Positions 1 through 9,661 are shown, counted from the first letter of the stretch. The stretch: 64,000 nt of DNA from Candidatus Bathyarchaeia archaeon (GCA_050012255.1 JBEKHN010000005.1:32001-96000); one strand, 5' to 3'. Numbers and translations are program-made. Notes: generated by a model from the sequence alone, not told the origin.

Positions 1-1
1 G

Positions 2-1861
2 GTGGAGGAAACATTGTTAGGATACGCTGGTCGAATGCTTCATGTTGACTTAACCTCAGGAAAAACCCATGTTGAGCCTTTGAACGAAGAGTACGCTAAG
101 AAATACCTCGGCGGAATAGGCTTAGGCATGCGCCTGTGGTTAGACAACTCTAAACCCGGAGTGGAACCGTTCAGCCCGGAAAACCCGCTGATCTTGACGA
201 CTGGGTCGATAGCGGGCACAATGTGGCCCACGGGCGGAAACGGACACGCCTTCGTCTCAAAGTCGCCAGCAAGCTACGGCGTAGGCGAGTCCAAGGCCCA
301 CGGCACGTTCGGAACAGAGTTGAAAAGAGCCGGATACGACGGCGTAATAATCAAGGGCAAGGCTGAAAAACCAGTCTACATTTGGATTGACGATGACGCT
401 GTCCAGATTCTGGACGCTTCACGTCTGATGGGTAAGTCGCCGGCCGAGACAGAGGACGCGATAAGAGAAGAGTTGGGAGACTACTACATCCGCGTCGCCG
501 CGATAGGCGTCGCCGGCGAGAAACTCTCGCGCATCGCGTGCATCATCAACGACAAGACCAGAGCCTGTGGAAGAACTGGACTAGGCGCAATCATGGGGTC
601 AAAGAACCTGAAGGCAATCGCTGCCCGTGGCACGCATGACATCACGGTGGCTAAGCCTGATGAGTTTATGGAGATGGTCAAAGAGTTTCACGAGAGAATG
701 AAGGGCCCCGCGGCGCAGAAGTACCGCACTTTGGGCACTGCGGAGAATGTTCTGGTGCACAACTCCTTGGCTTGCATGCCTACGAGGAACTACAACAACG
801 CATCCTTCGAGGGTGCAGAGAAAGTCAGCGGAGAGTGCCTGAACGAGAAATACGTCGCGAAGATCATAGGATGCAGCTCCTGTGCGATGCGGTGTGAACA
901 CATGTGCGTCGTTGCAGAAGGTCCGTACAAGGGCACGATGACGCGGATGGAGTACGAGACCTTGTGGGCGCTAGGTCCGTACTGCGGTGTGGATCGCCTT
1001 GACGCGATAATAAAGGGCATGGAACTCTCAAACTACTACGGCGTAGACGCGATTAGCGCCGGCGTTATCGCAGGCTTCACCATGGACTGCTACGAGAAAG
1101 GCATACTGACTGAGAAGGACCTCGGTGGGATAGACGCTCACTTCGGTAACCATGAAGCGATGGTTCAGCTCGTCGAGAAGATTGGCAAACGCGAGGGCAT
1201 AGGTGAAGTGTTGGCCGACGGGGTCAAGGTCGCCTCAGAAAAGATCGGTCAGGGCTCAGAGAAGCTGGCTGCACACATTAAAGGCGTGGAAGTAACGGGT
1301 TACGACCTGAGATGCCTGAAGACGGCGGCGCTGGGTTTTGCAGTTTCGTTCCGTGGAGCAGACCACAATAGACACGGGGCCTACGCGTTCGATGTGAAGG
1401 GAAAAGTCAACCGCTTGATCGCTGAGAAGGGCAGGGGGAAGATGGTGATGGGCATGGAAGACTCGTACGCGGTCATCGACTCGCTGGTCGTGTGCAAGTT
1501 CTCAAGGGGCACTTACTACAAGGAGTGGGAGGACATGGCTAAACTCTACAGCGTCGTCACGGGTTACCCGATGACGCCGGAAGAACTCAGGCGTGCTGGT
1601 GAAAGGATAAACAACCTCGGCAGACTGTTCAACATAAGAGAAGGACTCGGCAGGAAGGACGACACGTTGCCGTACAAGGTTATGCACATGCCGATCCCCG
1701 ACGAGGGCCCGTCAAAAGGAGCCGTCTTTACTCAAGCGGAGCTGGACCTGCTTCTCGATGATTATTATGAAGCCCGCGGCTGGACAAAGCATGGAGTACC
1801 AACAGTGGAGAAGCTCAAGGAACTTGGGATGGAAGACCTAACCACGATAGTTGAGAAGTGA
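2..1861 (+). CDS. aor: Tungsten-containing aldehyde:ferredoxin oxidoreductase family protein
   Basis: 619 aa; N-term GYAGRMLHVDLT, GRTGLGAIMGSKNLKAI, CxxCxxxC (CSSCAMRC), EYET motif, C-term LDDYYEARGW..GVPT. Confidence 0.93.
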   Translation: MEETLLGYAGRMLHVDLTSGKTHVEPLNEEYAKKYLGGIGLGMRLWLDNSKPGVEPFSPENPLILTTGSIAGTMWPTGGNGHAFVSKSPASYGVGESKAHGTFGTELKRAGYDGVIIKGKAEKPVYIWIDDDAVQILDASRLMGKSPAETEDAIREELGDYYIRVAAIGVAGEKLSRIACIINDKTRACGRTGLGAIMGSKNLKAIAARGTHDITVAKPDEFMEMVKEFHERMKGPAAQKYRTLGTAENVLVHNSLACMPTRNYNNASFEGAEKVSGECLNEKYVAKIIGCSSCAMRCEHMCVVAEGPYKGTMTRMEYETLWALGPYCGVDRLDAIIKGMELSNYYGVDAISAGVIAGFTMDCYEKGILTEKDLGGIDAHFGNHEAMVQLVEKIGKREGIGEVLADGVKVASEKIGQGSEKLAAHIKGVEVTGYDLRCLKTAALGFAVSFRGADHNRHGAYAFDVKGKVNRLIAEKGRGKMVMGMEDSYAVIDSLVVCKFSRGTYYKEWEDMAKLYSVVTGYPMTPEELRRAGERINNLGRLFNIREGLGRKDDTLPYKVMHMPIPDEGPSKGAVFTQAELDLLLDDYYEARGWTKHGVPTVEKLKELGMEDLTTIVEK

Positions 1862-1875
1862 CCGGAGGAAAAACC

Positions 1876-2385
1876 ATGGTGAAGATTCATGATAGAAAAT
1901 TCGTTTCAGCAGACCCGGACAAGTGCGTAGGATGCCAAGTGTGCGAGTACATCTGCTCATGGACGAAGGAAAAAGCCTTCAACCCGTTGAAATCCAGAAT
2001 ACGCGTCGTGAGGATAAACCAGCTGATAAACATGGCAGTCACGTGCAGACTCTGCGAAGACCCGCCCTGCGTTGCCGCATGCCCAAGAGAGGCGCTGACC
2101 CAATCAGAAGAAACAGGACTCGTGTCCGTGGACAAAGACAAGTGCAACGGCTGCGGATGGTGCATCGAAGCATGCGACTACGGCGCAATCATGCTGCATC
2201 CAGACAGCAAAGTGGTCTACATTTGTGACTTGTGCAAAGAAAAAGGGGAGCCCCAATGCATCAAATGGTGCCCAGAAGAAGCCCTAGACCTCGTCACGAG
2301 CGACGTCCTGGCACAGAAGGCAAGAATCACAGCGGTGAAGAAACTCTTCCAAGAAGCCGTACAAGAAACAACAAAGAAGTCCTAG
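1876..2385 (+). CDS. 4Fe-4S dicluster electron-transfer subunit (DmsB/HycB-like) of the AOR operon
   Basis: Four Cys clusters CVGCQVCEYIC, CRLCEDPPCVAACP, CNGCGWCIEAC, CDLC..PQCIKWCP; GGAGG upstream of ATG 1876. Confidence 0.9.
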   Translation: MVKIHDRKFVSADPDKCVGCQVCEYICSWTKEKAFNPLKSRIRVVRINQLINMAVTCRLCEDPPCVAACPREALTQSEETGLVSVDKDKCNGCGWCIEACDYGAIMLHPDSKVVYICDLCKEKGEPQCIKWCPEEALDLVTSDVLAQKARITAVKKLFQEAVQETTKKS

Positions 2386-2409
2386 CACGCGCTAACTTAT
2401 TCAAAAGTA

Positions 2410-2633
2410 TCAAATCTCTTTTAAGAGTTTGAGGAATTCTTCCCTCGTCAGGCCTGCTTCACTTATGATTTCCATCAGTAAACCTCTTTTTATCTCTCTA
2501 TGTCTTGGAACTGGCACAATGCACTCGTTTTGATGAGCATTAGATGGCTTCCCTTTTTTCTAGCAACTCGGAAACCCAGTTTCGCAAGGACTTTAACAAC
2601 TTCACGCCAAGAGAGCAGAGGGAGCTTCGACAA
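2410..2633 (-). pseudogene. hicA: HicA-family toxin, frameshifted
   Basis: Manual translation: MSKLPLLSWREVVKVLAKLGFRVARKKGSHLMLIK, then after a frame change at the T4 run 2528-2531, IVPVPRHREIKRGLLMEIISEAGLTREEFLKLLKEI*; overlaps the hicB stop. Confidence 0.82.
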
Positions 2634-2832
2634 CTACCTCAACCTTTTCTCCTCTAATCTTGCCGTGAAGCTTTGCCTTAACTTCCAAATAGCCCTCAAT
2701 AGCTTCCCTGATGTTTTTTAGGGCTTCATCCCTTGTTTCGCCTTGAGTAGCTACTGGAAGCTCCAAGCACTTAACTACGAAGCCGCCCTCCTCAGCAGGC
2801 TCCAAAACAACCGTGAACCTACGGGTAACCAT
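2602..2832 (-). CDS. hicB: HicB-family antitoxin
   Basis: FTVVLEPAEEGGFVVKCLELPVATQGETRDEALKNIREAIEGYL is a typical HicB signature; directly upstream of hicA. Confidence 0.88.
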   Translation of the reverse strand: MVTRRFTVVLEPAEEGGFVVKCLELPVATQGETRDEALKNIREAIEGYLEVKAKLHGKIRGEKVEVVVEAPSALLA

Positions 2833-2996
2833 AAAACCGCCAGAAACACAATATTGCGGCATCTATATGAACCTATCTTTAATCTTAAATTGCACTACGA
2901 GAGCATCAGAATCAAATCGTGGTCTTCGCGATTTTCGAACCCTTCCTCTTTTCTCTGAGTCGGGTTCACTCCAGAAGCGCGCTCTATGCTGGCTTG

Positions 2997-3908
2997 CTAC
3001 CGGATGAATCGTGCTAATACCAAGGTCACGTCCTGAACTGGCTTACCGTCATCCGGGTACTGGGGATTCGTGGGGGTTACGGGCACCTGGCTGATAGGGC
3101 CCACGACGTCGTCCATGCCTGCTACCACCGTGCCAAAAACCGAGTAATTGCTGTCCAAACTGGCAGCGTTGGTATCATTCAAGTCTATGAAAAACTGGCT
3201 CGCAGCAGAGTTGGGTTGGCTTGTTTTAGCCATGGCCACTGCTCCGCGCACGTTGCTGTGCTTGTTAGGAAGTTCATCCTGAATCGGAGGCACCGTTATC
3301 CCCTTGGGCGTAGTGTCCCCGCCCTGGATCACAAAACCCTTAGCAACCCTGCTAAAGATGGTTCCATCGTACACTCCTGTGCTCACGAGGTTCTTGAAGT
3401 TAGCCGTTGTAATGGGCATGTCATCGTAGAGTTCGATCGTTATGTCTCCCATACTCGTCACAAGCAGAACTGTGTTTGTGTCAACAAAAAGGCTCTGCAT
3501 CGAAACCGCGTTCCACTTGTTACTGGTGTCGTTGCACCAGAACCTCCATTGAACAACGTCGCCGATCGCGTTGTCCAAGGTCTTCGTAGCCGTGGCATAG
3601 CTAGATGTTGGACCTACGAAATTGGAGAACGGTGTCCACGTGTCATTAACGAACGCGCCAGTGTTGTTGGATTCGAAAATGTAGCCGCTCACGTTCACGT
3701 CATCGGCCCACCGAGTACTGAAGGTACACGATGAACCTGCCACCGTTGAACTGCTTGAGACACTCGAATACGTGGGAAGGCTACTGCCCCCTGGTCCTCC
3801 GCCGTTCATTCGATAAGCCACCACGACTATGCTGAGGATAAACATCGAGGCTACGATGACGATCAACGTGTTTCTGAGCCTGTGAGACTTCCTGCGCCTG
3901 CGTGGCAT
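2997..3908 (-). CDS. Membrane-anchored cyclophilin-type peptidyl-prolyl isomerase with an extra beta-rich domain
   Basis: C-term TSMGDITIEL..PITTANF..FSRVAKGFVIQGGD..GAVAMAK..SQFFI..YSVFG; basic N-terminus + TM helix + Gly/Ser linker. Confidence 0.88.
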   Translation of the reverse strand: MPRRRRKSHRLRNTLIVIVASMFILSIVVVAYRMNGGGPGGSSLPTYSSVSSSSTVAGSSCTFSTRWADDVNVSGYIFESNNTGAFVNDTWTPFSNFVGPTSSYATATKTLDNAIGDVVQWRFWCNDTSNKWNAVSMQSLFVDTNTVLLVTSMGDITIELYDDMPITTANFKNLVSTGVYDGTIFSRVAKGFVIQGGDTTPKGITVPPIQDELPNKHSNVRGAVAMAKTSQPNSAASQFFIDLNDTNAASLDSNYSVFGTVVAGMDDVVGPISQVPVTPTNPQYPDDGKPVQDVTLVLARFIR

Positions 3909-4080
3909 GGTAGAACCTTCAGCAGAAGAGCATATAAACCTTGAACCTCAACGGCGAGTTGTCGAAACTAATGTATTTAGCTCCAAACAGAGGTGTCCAC
4001 CGCTGGTGCACGTACACTCTATGTTACGGACGTCTCGCATGCCTGTCGCCTGGCAGCAGTCTTCTGGCAGTGTTGGAGGT

Positions 4081-4208
4081 TGTATTCGCGTTTTTTCCAG
4101 TCTATTTTACTCTCACCATCCCCCTCGGGTGTTAGTACTGCAAGTAGGCGCTGGTGAAGGCCCTAGTGGATTTGCGCGGGTCTGAGGTCGTCCGCGCGCA
4201 TCGAGCTT
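4081..4208 (+). repeat. ~130-bp intergenic element, copy 1
   Basis: Aligns by eye (roughly three quarters identical) to the reverse complement of 12187-12315: TGTATTCGCGTTTT..TCTATTT..C-rich..GGGTG.TAGTACTGCA.GTAGGCG.TGG..AAGGCCCTA. Confidence 0.85.
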
Positions 4209-4303
4209 GGCGGAGAGTCTGTTGTAGACTTAAGAAACTGTTCATTGTGCTCAACTGTCACGCTGGTTTCTCGTTTCATCTGCTCTGTCGCCCTAGCGCG
4301 CGC

Positions 4304-4426
4304 CAGCTAAAACCGAGAATATCCTATCTTGATGAAAACGGCAAGTGCAGATCTTATGAGCCTGAGCCTGTGAGCGTCATAGTCAAGGAACTTGGGATGA
4401 AGGGTTGGCTCAAAGGAGAGAGATGA
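4304..4426 (+). pseudogene. 3'-terminal fragment of a paralog of the 27570-30860 TPR protein
   Basis: QLKPRISYLDENGKCRSYEPEPVSVIVKELGMKGWLKGER* vs SLKPTVLYLDENGKYKSHEPEPVLIVVRELGIKSWLKGER*; similarity starts immediately after GCGCGCGC (4296-4303). Confidence 0.88.
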
Positions 4427-4577
4427 TTTGCCAGCTAGTAGCGGGCGCTAGAGAACTCAACGACAAAGAGGCAATCGTGTCCTCGCTTGGACTCCGGCGG
4501 CAGATAATCCTTTGTATCCATGGCTAACAAACGCGGGGCTTTCCTGTGTTGTAGAACATAAAGCTATCACGGGGCGG

Positions 4578-5051
4578 TCAAACTATGAAGTATTTGGGGC
4601 AGAGCTCCATTTCTTTAGCCCAGAAAGACACCTGAAGGTCTTTGACGCCAGGTATTCTTGCGATGTCATCTCTCACCTTGATTAGGTGCTCGAAGCTCAT
4701 CACCACGCTGATAGCGAGCAAATCGTGGTCTCCGACACTTTTCGCAGCTACGATTATGTTAGGCATGCGAATCAGCCTGTCCAGGATCATTGATGAGTCA
4801 GGTGGATTGTTTTGACGCGGCAGGATGTGCGTAGGCGAGGTGTCGATCACAAACACGGCCATTGCTTGATATCCAATCTTCCTCGGGTCGATCACGATCG
4901 TGGACCCGCGAATCGCTCCCTCTCTCTGCAGCGTGGCGTATCTGTGCATCACCGTGTCAGGTGAGACACCGAGTTCCCTGGCAATCTTCCTGAAAGACAT
5001 GCGAGCATCCTCGGTGAGTTTATCAATTATGGCAAGGTCTGTTTTGTCCAA
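4578..5051 (-). CDS. Lrp/AsnC family transcriptional regulator
   Basis: MDKTDLAIIDKLTEDARMSFRKIARELGVSPDTV..R HTH plus a RAM-like C-terminal domain. Confidence 0.9.
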   Translation of the reverse strand: MDKTDLAIIDKLTEDARMSFRKIARELGVSPDTVMHRYATLQREGAIRGSTIVIDPRKIGYQAMAVFVIDTSPTHILPRQNNPPDSSMILDRLIRMPNIIVAAKSVGDHDLLAISVVMSFEHLIKVRDDIARIPGVKDLQVSFWAKEMELCPKYFIV

Positions 5052-5057
5052 TCCTTG

Positions 5058-5537
5058 TCACTTCTTCCTTAGCTGTTCGAATTCAAAGTTCTTTGGACAC
5101 AACAGTATCTCATCGACCCAGATGCTGGTGGCGACCTCCCTGACCATGGGATGTCCTTGTATCGACTCTTTGAGTTGCCCCAACCTGCCAACGTTTTCAA
5201 GTACTGCTATCGCGAATATGTTGTGTCTGCCCATAGATGGGCTGCAGAAAACTACTCCTGGCATCCTTTCGATAAAGTCCACGACATCCTCGACGTGAGG
5301 ATACTCGACGCGAATTCCAAAGCTCGCAACACAATCACAGCCAAAGCTCTTGGGGTTCAACAGTATCGTTGTCCCTCTGACAACACCGGCTCTCCTCAAC
5401 CTCCCAAACCTCTTGCTTATCGTATCCACAGACACCTTGCAACCCTTGGCAATGTCTGCAAAGTTCGTGCGCGCGTCTTCCTGCAAAGCTCGAATGATGT
5501 TAACGTCAATTTCGTCAATCTTCATTTTGGAAGCCAA
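5058..5537 (-). CDS. Lrp/AsnC family transcriptional regulator
   Basis: IDEIDVNIIRALQEDARTNFADIAKGCKVSVDTISKRF HTH; tandem with a paralog. Confidence 0.9.
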   Translation of the reverse strand: MASKMKIDEIDVNIIRALQEDARTNFADIAKGCKVSVDTISKRFGRLRRAGVVRGTTILLNPKSFGCDCVASFGIRVEYPHVEDVVDFIERMPGVVFCSPSMGRHNIFAIAVLENVGRLGQLKESIQGHPMVREVATSIWVDEILLCPKNFEFEQLRKK

Positions 5538-5578
5538 CTTACCTCCTCCTATCCGAAAAATACGCGTTCAAAGCTTTT

Positions 5579-5592
5579 AAATCATATGATTT
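5579..5592. promoter_or_regulatory. Perfect 14-bp palindrome in the divergent lrp/gdh intergenic region, candidate operator
   Basis: AAATCATATGATTT next to an AT-rich promoter-like stretch upstream of the first lrp. Confidence 0.4.
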
Positions 5593-5759
5593 GCCCCTTG
5601 AAATCTTACAGTGTCGAATGTCTCAAGAAGAAAAACGATTATCGCAGGCATTATCCGCAGGATATAACGAGATTATCTTACAATGCACGAATATTGAGCC
5701 TGAAATCGGACAAAATGTATAAATAGGGCCAAATGTGCTTAAAATATTGGGAGAGTAAA

Positions 5760-6083
5760 ATGAAACTAGAACAGATATTTCAAGAAATGAAAAGCAGAGA
5801 TTCAAGTGAGGAGCTGATAAAGAGAAGATACGCGTGCGCTAGCTGCGGAATAACTTGGACTGAGTTTGTAGGGATGGTCATCGGCCACAGAGACGGAAAG
5901 GAAGACCTGTGCCTTCGAATCGGAATGGAATCAGAAGCGTGCCAAGTGTGCAGATTGAAAGCCAGAGAGTGCCAAGAATGTGGTTCAAAAGATGTGTATG
6001 AGCTCAGGTTTGAAGAGGAAGTTTCCGAGGTCCCACTGAGCTTCAAAGGCATAAAAACGGTCGACAGAGGATCACGCGATTGA
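5760..6083 (+). CDS. Small Cys-rich (zinc-ribbon-like) hypothetical protein
   Basis: CASCG, CQVC, CQECGS motifs; co-oriented just upstream of gdh. Confidence 0.7.
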   Translation: MKLEQIFQEMKSRDSSEELIKRRYACASCGITWTEFVGMVIGHRDGKEDLCLRIGMESEACQVCRLKARECQECGSKDVYELRFEEEVSEVPLSFKGIKTVDRGSRD

Positions 6084-6122
6084 TGTGCTGTGAAATCGAG
6101 ATAATGTGGAGATGAAAAGAAT

Positions 6123-7907
6123 ATGTTAAGCTCGATACAGCTTTCAGGCCGAGAACTTGGAATGATAAAACTGATGGCAGAGTTTCTCTCTGAAAAACCT
6201 GAACTGACCGCAAAGATTGAAAGTTTCTCCACGGCTCATTATGCGTTGACAACGACGTATTCGGAGAACTTTGACGTCCCTGAAGCCGACGCTTGGAAGA
6301 TACTTGAGGAACTTGAGAGAAAAATCAATGAAGCGGAATACGTTCACGTAGAAGCACCTTATCCGGTTAAGAAATGGCATGCCATGTCTAGAGAAGAAAT
6401 CAACATGGTTCGCGTGCTCATCGACTACTTCTCTCCGAATCCCAGAATGACATCTGCGAGCGGTTTCGTCGCAAGCAGAACGGAATCAGTGATAGAGACT
6501 TACAAGTGGTTCTTTGGAACTTCTGAAGGAAACGGTGAAATGGCCAGAGAAAACTTCCGAAACCTCATTGAGAAAACTCAGACCGCTTTGTCGATCAGAA
6601 CGGAAACGCTTTCGCCCATAACGACGATGCCGAATCCCTACAAAGCCGTTCTGGAACTAATGCAAATCGCGGGAGAAAAACTGAAACTAGACCAGGGAAT
6701 CCACGAAATGCTCAAACGCCCAATGAGAACAATGATCGTCAATGTCCCAGTTGTGATGGACGACGGAAGCATGCGAGTGTTCACGGGCTACCGTGTACAG
6801 TACAACGACACCTTGGGTCCGACAAAAGGCGGCATAAGATATCACCCTGAACTGACACTTGAGGAGGTCATAGCGCTGTCTGCATGGATGACGCTGAAAA
6901 CTGCCGTCGTAGGACTGCCTCTTGGCGGCGGCAAAGGAGGAATACGCTGCAACCCGAAGGAAATGTCTTCCGGAGAGTTAGAAAGGCTAACGCGAGGTTA
7001 CACACGTGCATTGGCAAGATTCATCGGTCCATACTCTGACGTGCCCGCACCGGATGTTTACACGGACGCGCAAACGATGGCATGGATAATGGATGAGTAC
7101 AGTCAGATGATTGGGTGCAACGCTTTTGGCGTTGTGACAGGCAAACCGGTGTGCATAGGGGGCTCACTTGGAAGAATCGAAGCAACCTCCAGAGGAGTGA
7201 TGTACACTGTCGTCGAAGCTGCAAAGCATTTAGGTATGGAGCTCAAAGGAGCAACTGTTGCCGTTCAAGGGTTCGGAAACGTGGGCTACCATGCTGCAAA
7301 ATTGCTCCATGAACTTGGGTGCAGAATCGTGGCAATCTCTGATTCCAGAGGCGGGATTTACAGTCCAGATGGGTTAGACCCAACAAGAGTCTTAGAGCAC
7401 AAAAACGAAAGGGGATCCGTCATCGACTACGAGAACAGCAAAGGCCTGACCAATGGAGAACTTCTGGAATTGGAATGTGACATTCTTGTGCCGGCAGCAA
7501 TGGAAAACCAGATTACAGAGACGAATGCAGGCAAGATCAGATCGAAGATAGTGGCCGAAGGAGCAAATGGGCCCACAACACCTGAGGCGGACGAAATACT
7601 GTTCAGAAACGGCGTGTTCGTAATCCCAGACATCCTGGCAAATTCAGGCGGCGTAATTGTGAGCTACTTCGAACAGGTTCAGAACCAAATGAACTACTAC
7701 TGGTCGGAAGAAGAGGTACGCAGCAAACTGCAGAATATGATAGTCAACGCATTCAATGAAGTCTTAGCAGTTGCGGAGGAACACAAGGTCAACATGCGTA
7801 TTGCAGCCTACATGAACGCTCTGAAAAGAATCGCTGACGCAATGCTTGTCCGCAAGCAGAATCCCTTTTTACCGATCACGAGTCCACAGAGAATAAGTAC
7901 CAAATAA
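6123..7907 (+). CDS. gdhA: Glu/Leu/Phe/Val dehydrogenase (glutamate dehydrogenase-like) with a ~170-aa N-terminal extension
   Basis: GPTKGGIRYHP, WMTLK, LPLGGGKGG, VPAPDV, VQGFGNVG, EGANGP, PDILANSGGVIVSYFE; core starts near residue 170. Confidence 0.9.
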   Translation: MLSSIQLSGRELGMIKLMAEFLSEKPELTAKIESFSTAHYALTTTYSENFDVPEADAWKILEELERKINEAEYVHVEAPYPVKKWHAMSREEINMVRVLIDYFSPNPRMTSASGFVASRTESVIETYKWFFGTSEGNGEMARENFRNLIEKTQTALSIRTETLSPITTMPNPYKAVLELMQIAGEKLKLDQGIHEMLKRPMRTMIVNVPVVMDDGSMRVFTGYRVQYNDTLGPTKGGIRYHPELTLEEVIALSAWMTLKTAVVGLPLGGGKGGIRCNPKEMSSGELERLTRGYTRALARFIGPYSDVPAPDVYTDAQTMAWIMDEYSQMIGCNAFGVVTGKPVCIGGSLGRIEATSRGVMYTVVEAAKHLGMELKGATVAVQGFGNVGYHAAKLLHELGCRIVAISDSRGGIYSPDGLDPTRVLEHKNERGSVIDYENSKGLTNGELLELECDILVPAAMENQITETNAGKIRSKIVAEGANGPTTPEADEILFRNGVFVIPDILANSGGVIVSYFEQVQNQMNYYWSEEEVRSKLQNMIVNAFNEVLAVAEEHKVNMRIAAYMNALKRIADAMLVRKQNPFLPITSPQRISTK

Positions 7908-8009
7908 GTCAGCTCCCCCCCTTTTCCCTTTCCTTCTACGGAGCCAGTCAGAATGTTCGTAACGTATCCCAGACAAGACTTAAAACAGAAAGCACCCGTC
8001 TCAAAATGG

Positions 8010-8789
8010 TCAGCGCATCAGCTCTTCCACGAGTCTGGCCACGTTGTCCACGACGTAACTGTTTATCATCCGTCCCTTCCTCCGCGACGCCGCTGTCGGG
8101 TCGCCGATCACACCGCTCGGAAAATAGCGCTGCGCATCCGCGACTATCTCGAACCTCGGCAGCTCCGGAAAACTCTTCCTACCCCTCATCTTAACCAAAT
8201 CAGGCCTGATGGCCATAACCCTCGAAGTCTCAATCGCTCCAGCATGACCATCCTTCTCGCTGAAATACTTCCCCCTCAACTCATAAGCAAAGTCATAATC
8301 CGAACACACCATAATCCGACACCTCTTCTCCGCACTGTCGCCCTGATGACACCAAACAACCTCCTGCGCTGCAAGTCTGAGCGCAGCCATGTGAGCCTGA
8401 CCAGCGTGACCGCTCAAAACGAGAATCCTCCTGAAACCGTTGCGAACAAACTCCTCAAGAACGTCTCGAACAACCCTGTGCAACGACTCAAACCCAATCG
8501 AAATCGTCCCCGGAAAACCCCGCGTCGAATCGCAGACACCGTACCTCAAAGGCGGCGCAACCAGACACCGTGTCCTCTTGGCAACCTCCAACGCCACAAA
8601 CTCAGGCTGCACACTGTCAGTACACAGGGGCAAGTGAGCCCCATGCTCCTCAACACTTCCAACAGGAACAATGACCACCCCACGTTTCCGAGCACTCTTC
8701 TCAGCTTCTCTCATGCTCAACTCATCAAACCACAAACTCTGTCTCTCCTCTGACCGAGCACCACCAACGCCGCTTCCCATCACCTTCAA
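8010..8789 (-). CDS. Creatininase family amidohydrolase
   Basis: PVGSVEEHGAHLPLCTD, FPGTIS, SGHAG, DGHAGAIETS, SGVIGDP. Confidence 0.9.
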   Translation of the reverse strand: MKVMGSGVGGARSEERQSLWFDELSMREAEKSARKRGVVIVPVGSVEEHGAHLPLCTDSVQPEFVALEVAKRTRCLVAPPLRYGVCDSTRGFPGTISIGFESLHRVVRDVLEEFVRNGFRRILVLSGHAGQAHMAALRLAAQEVVWCHQGDSAEKRCRIMVCSDYDFAYELRGKYFSEKDGHAGAIETSRVMAIRPDLVKMRGRKSFPELPRFEIVADAQRYFPSGVIGDPTAASRRKGRMINSYVVDNVARLVEELMR

Positions 8790-9059
8790 ACGTCAACCCC
8801 CGCTTGGCCGTTCCAGAAACAAGTCAACAGCTGCGCTTATAAGCCTCTGAGCAGAGGCACTTCAACTCATGCACACTTTTTCTCAAAAAACAACAGGACG
8901 GCCAGAGCTGTTGGCCGACGCGCAGCTGAGCATACCAAGTCTCCACGTTTGACTTTGGCGAGCCTTCTCGAGCAACTGACTTACACGTGTATGTGTGTAG
9001 ATCAGGCAGGCAGAAAGGTTTATTACGACTCCAGATATGGGTAAAGCTCGGCGAAAAAA

Positions 9060-9503
9060 ATGGCAATGCAAAAAATGGTTGTCGGAACCGCTGTAGCAGT
9101 GGTCGTTGTGCTGATGATGACAAGCGTTCTAGCTCTTCTTCAGTCCAACCGGACTCTTCTGACCAGCGGAACAGTCAGAACGGTCAACGTTGGCGTGTAC
9201 AGTGACCCCGCCTGCACTCAACCAGCTTCTTCCATCGATTGGGGAACAATAAACCCTGGAACATCAACGGTGAAAACAGTCTATGTGAAAAACGAAGGAG
9301 CAGTGACCCTGAGCCTGAACATGACGAGCAACACTTGGACCCCGTCGAACTGTCCAACCTACATGACTTTGACTTGGAACGAGGAGAACGCGTCAGTCGC
9401 CGTCGGAAATCACGTTCAAGCTGACTTCAATCTCACCGTCTTACCGAACATCACCGGAATAGGCGCCTTCAGCTTCGACATAGTCGTAACCGGAACAGGA
9501 TAA
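9060..9503 (+). CDS. Secreted small beta-sandwich protein (possible fibre/surface subunit)
   Basis: Hydrophobic signal, then TSGTVRTVNVGVYSDPACT..SIDWGTINPG..VYVKNEG; Thr/Asn-rich; ends in a beta strand with no anchor. Confidence 0.7.
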   Translation: MAMQKMVVGTAVAVVVVLMMTSVLALLQSNRTLLTSGTVRTVNVGVYSDPACTQPASSIDWGTINPGTSTVKTVYVKNEGAVTLSLNMTSNTWTPSNCPTYMTLTWNEENASVAVGNHVQADFNLTVLPNITGIGAFSFDIVVTGTG

Positions 9504-9661
9504 GAAAACACGCACTCAACGAGCGCACCTGCAGGGCAAGCGTTCCAATTTCTCTTTTTCAAACTTACCAAACGCACACTGTGCAGTACTGAAGCTCCGC
9601 CGTGTCGGACAGCAGCCAAGCCTGTTTTGTTGGCAAAGTTGTCACCGGTTAGCGAGCATGG

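Noticed and set aside
7953-8753. 266-aa + strand ORF and similar long shadow ORFs (e.g. 5151-5726, 19123-19704, 24331-24912)
   Set aside because: Antisense to well-supported genes, with no recognisable motifs.
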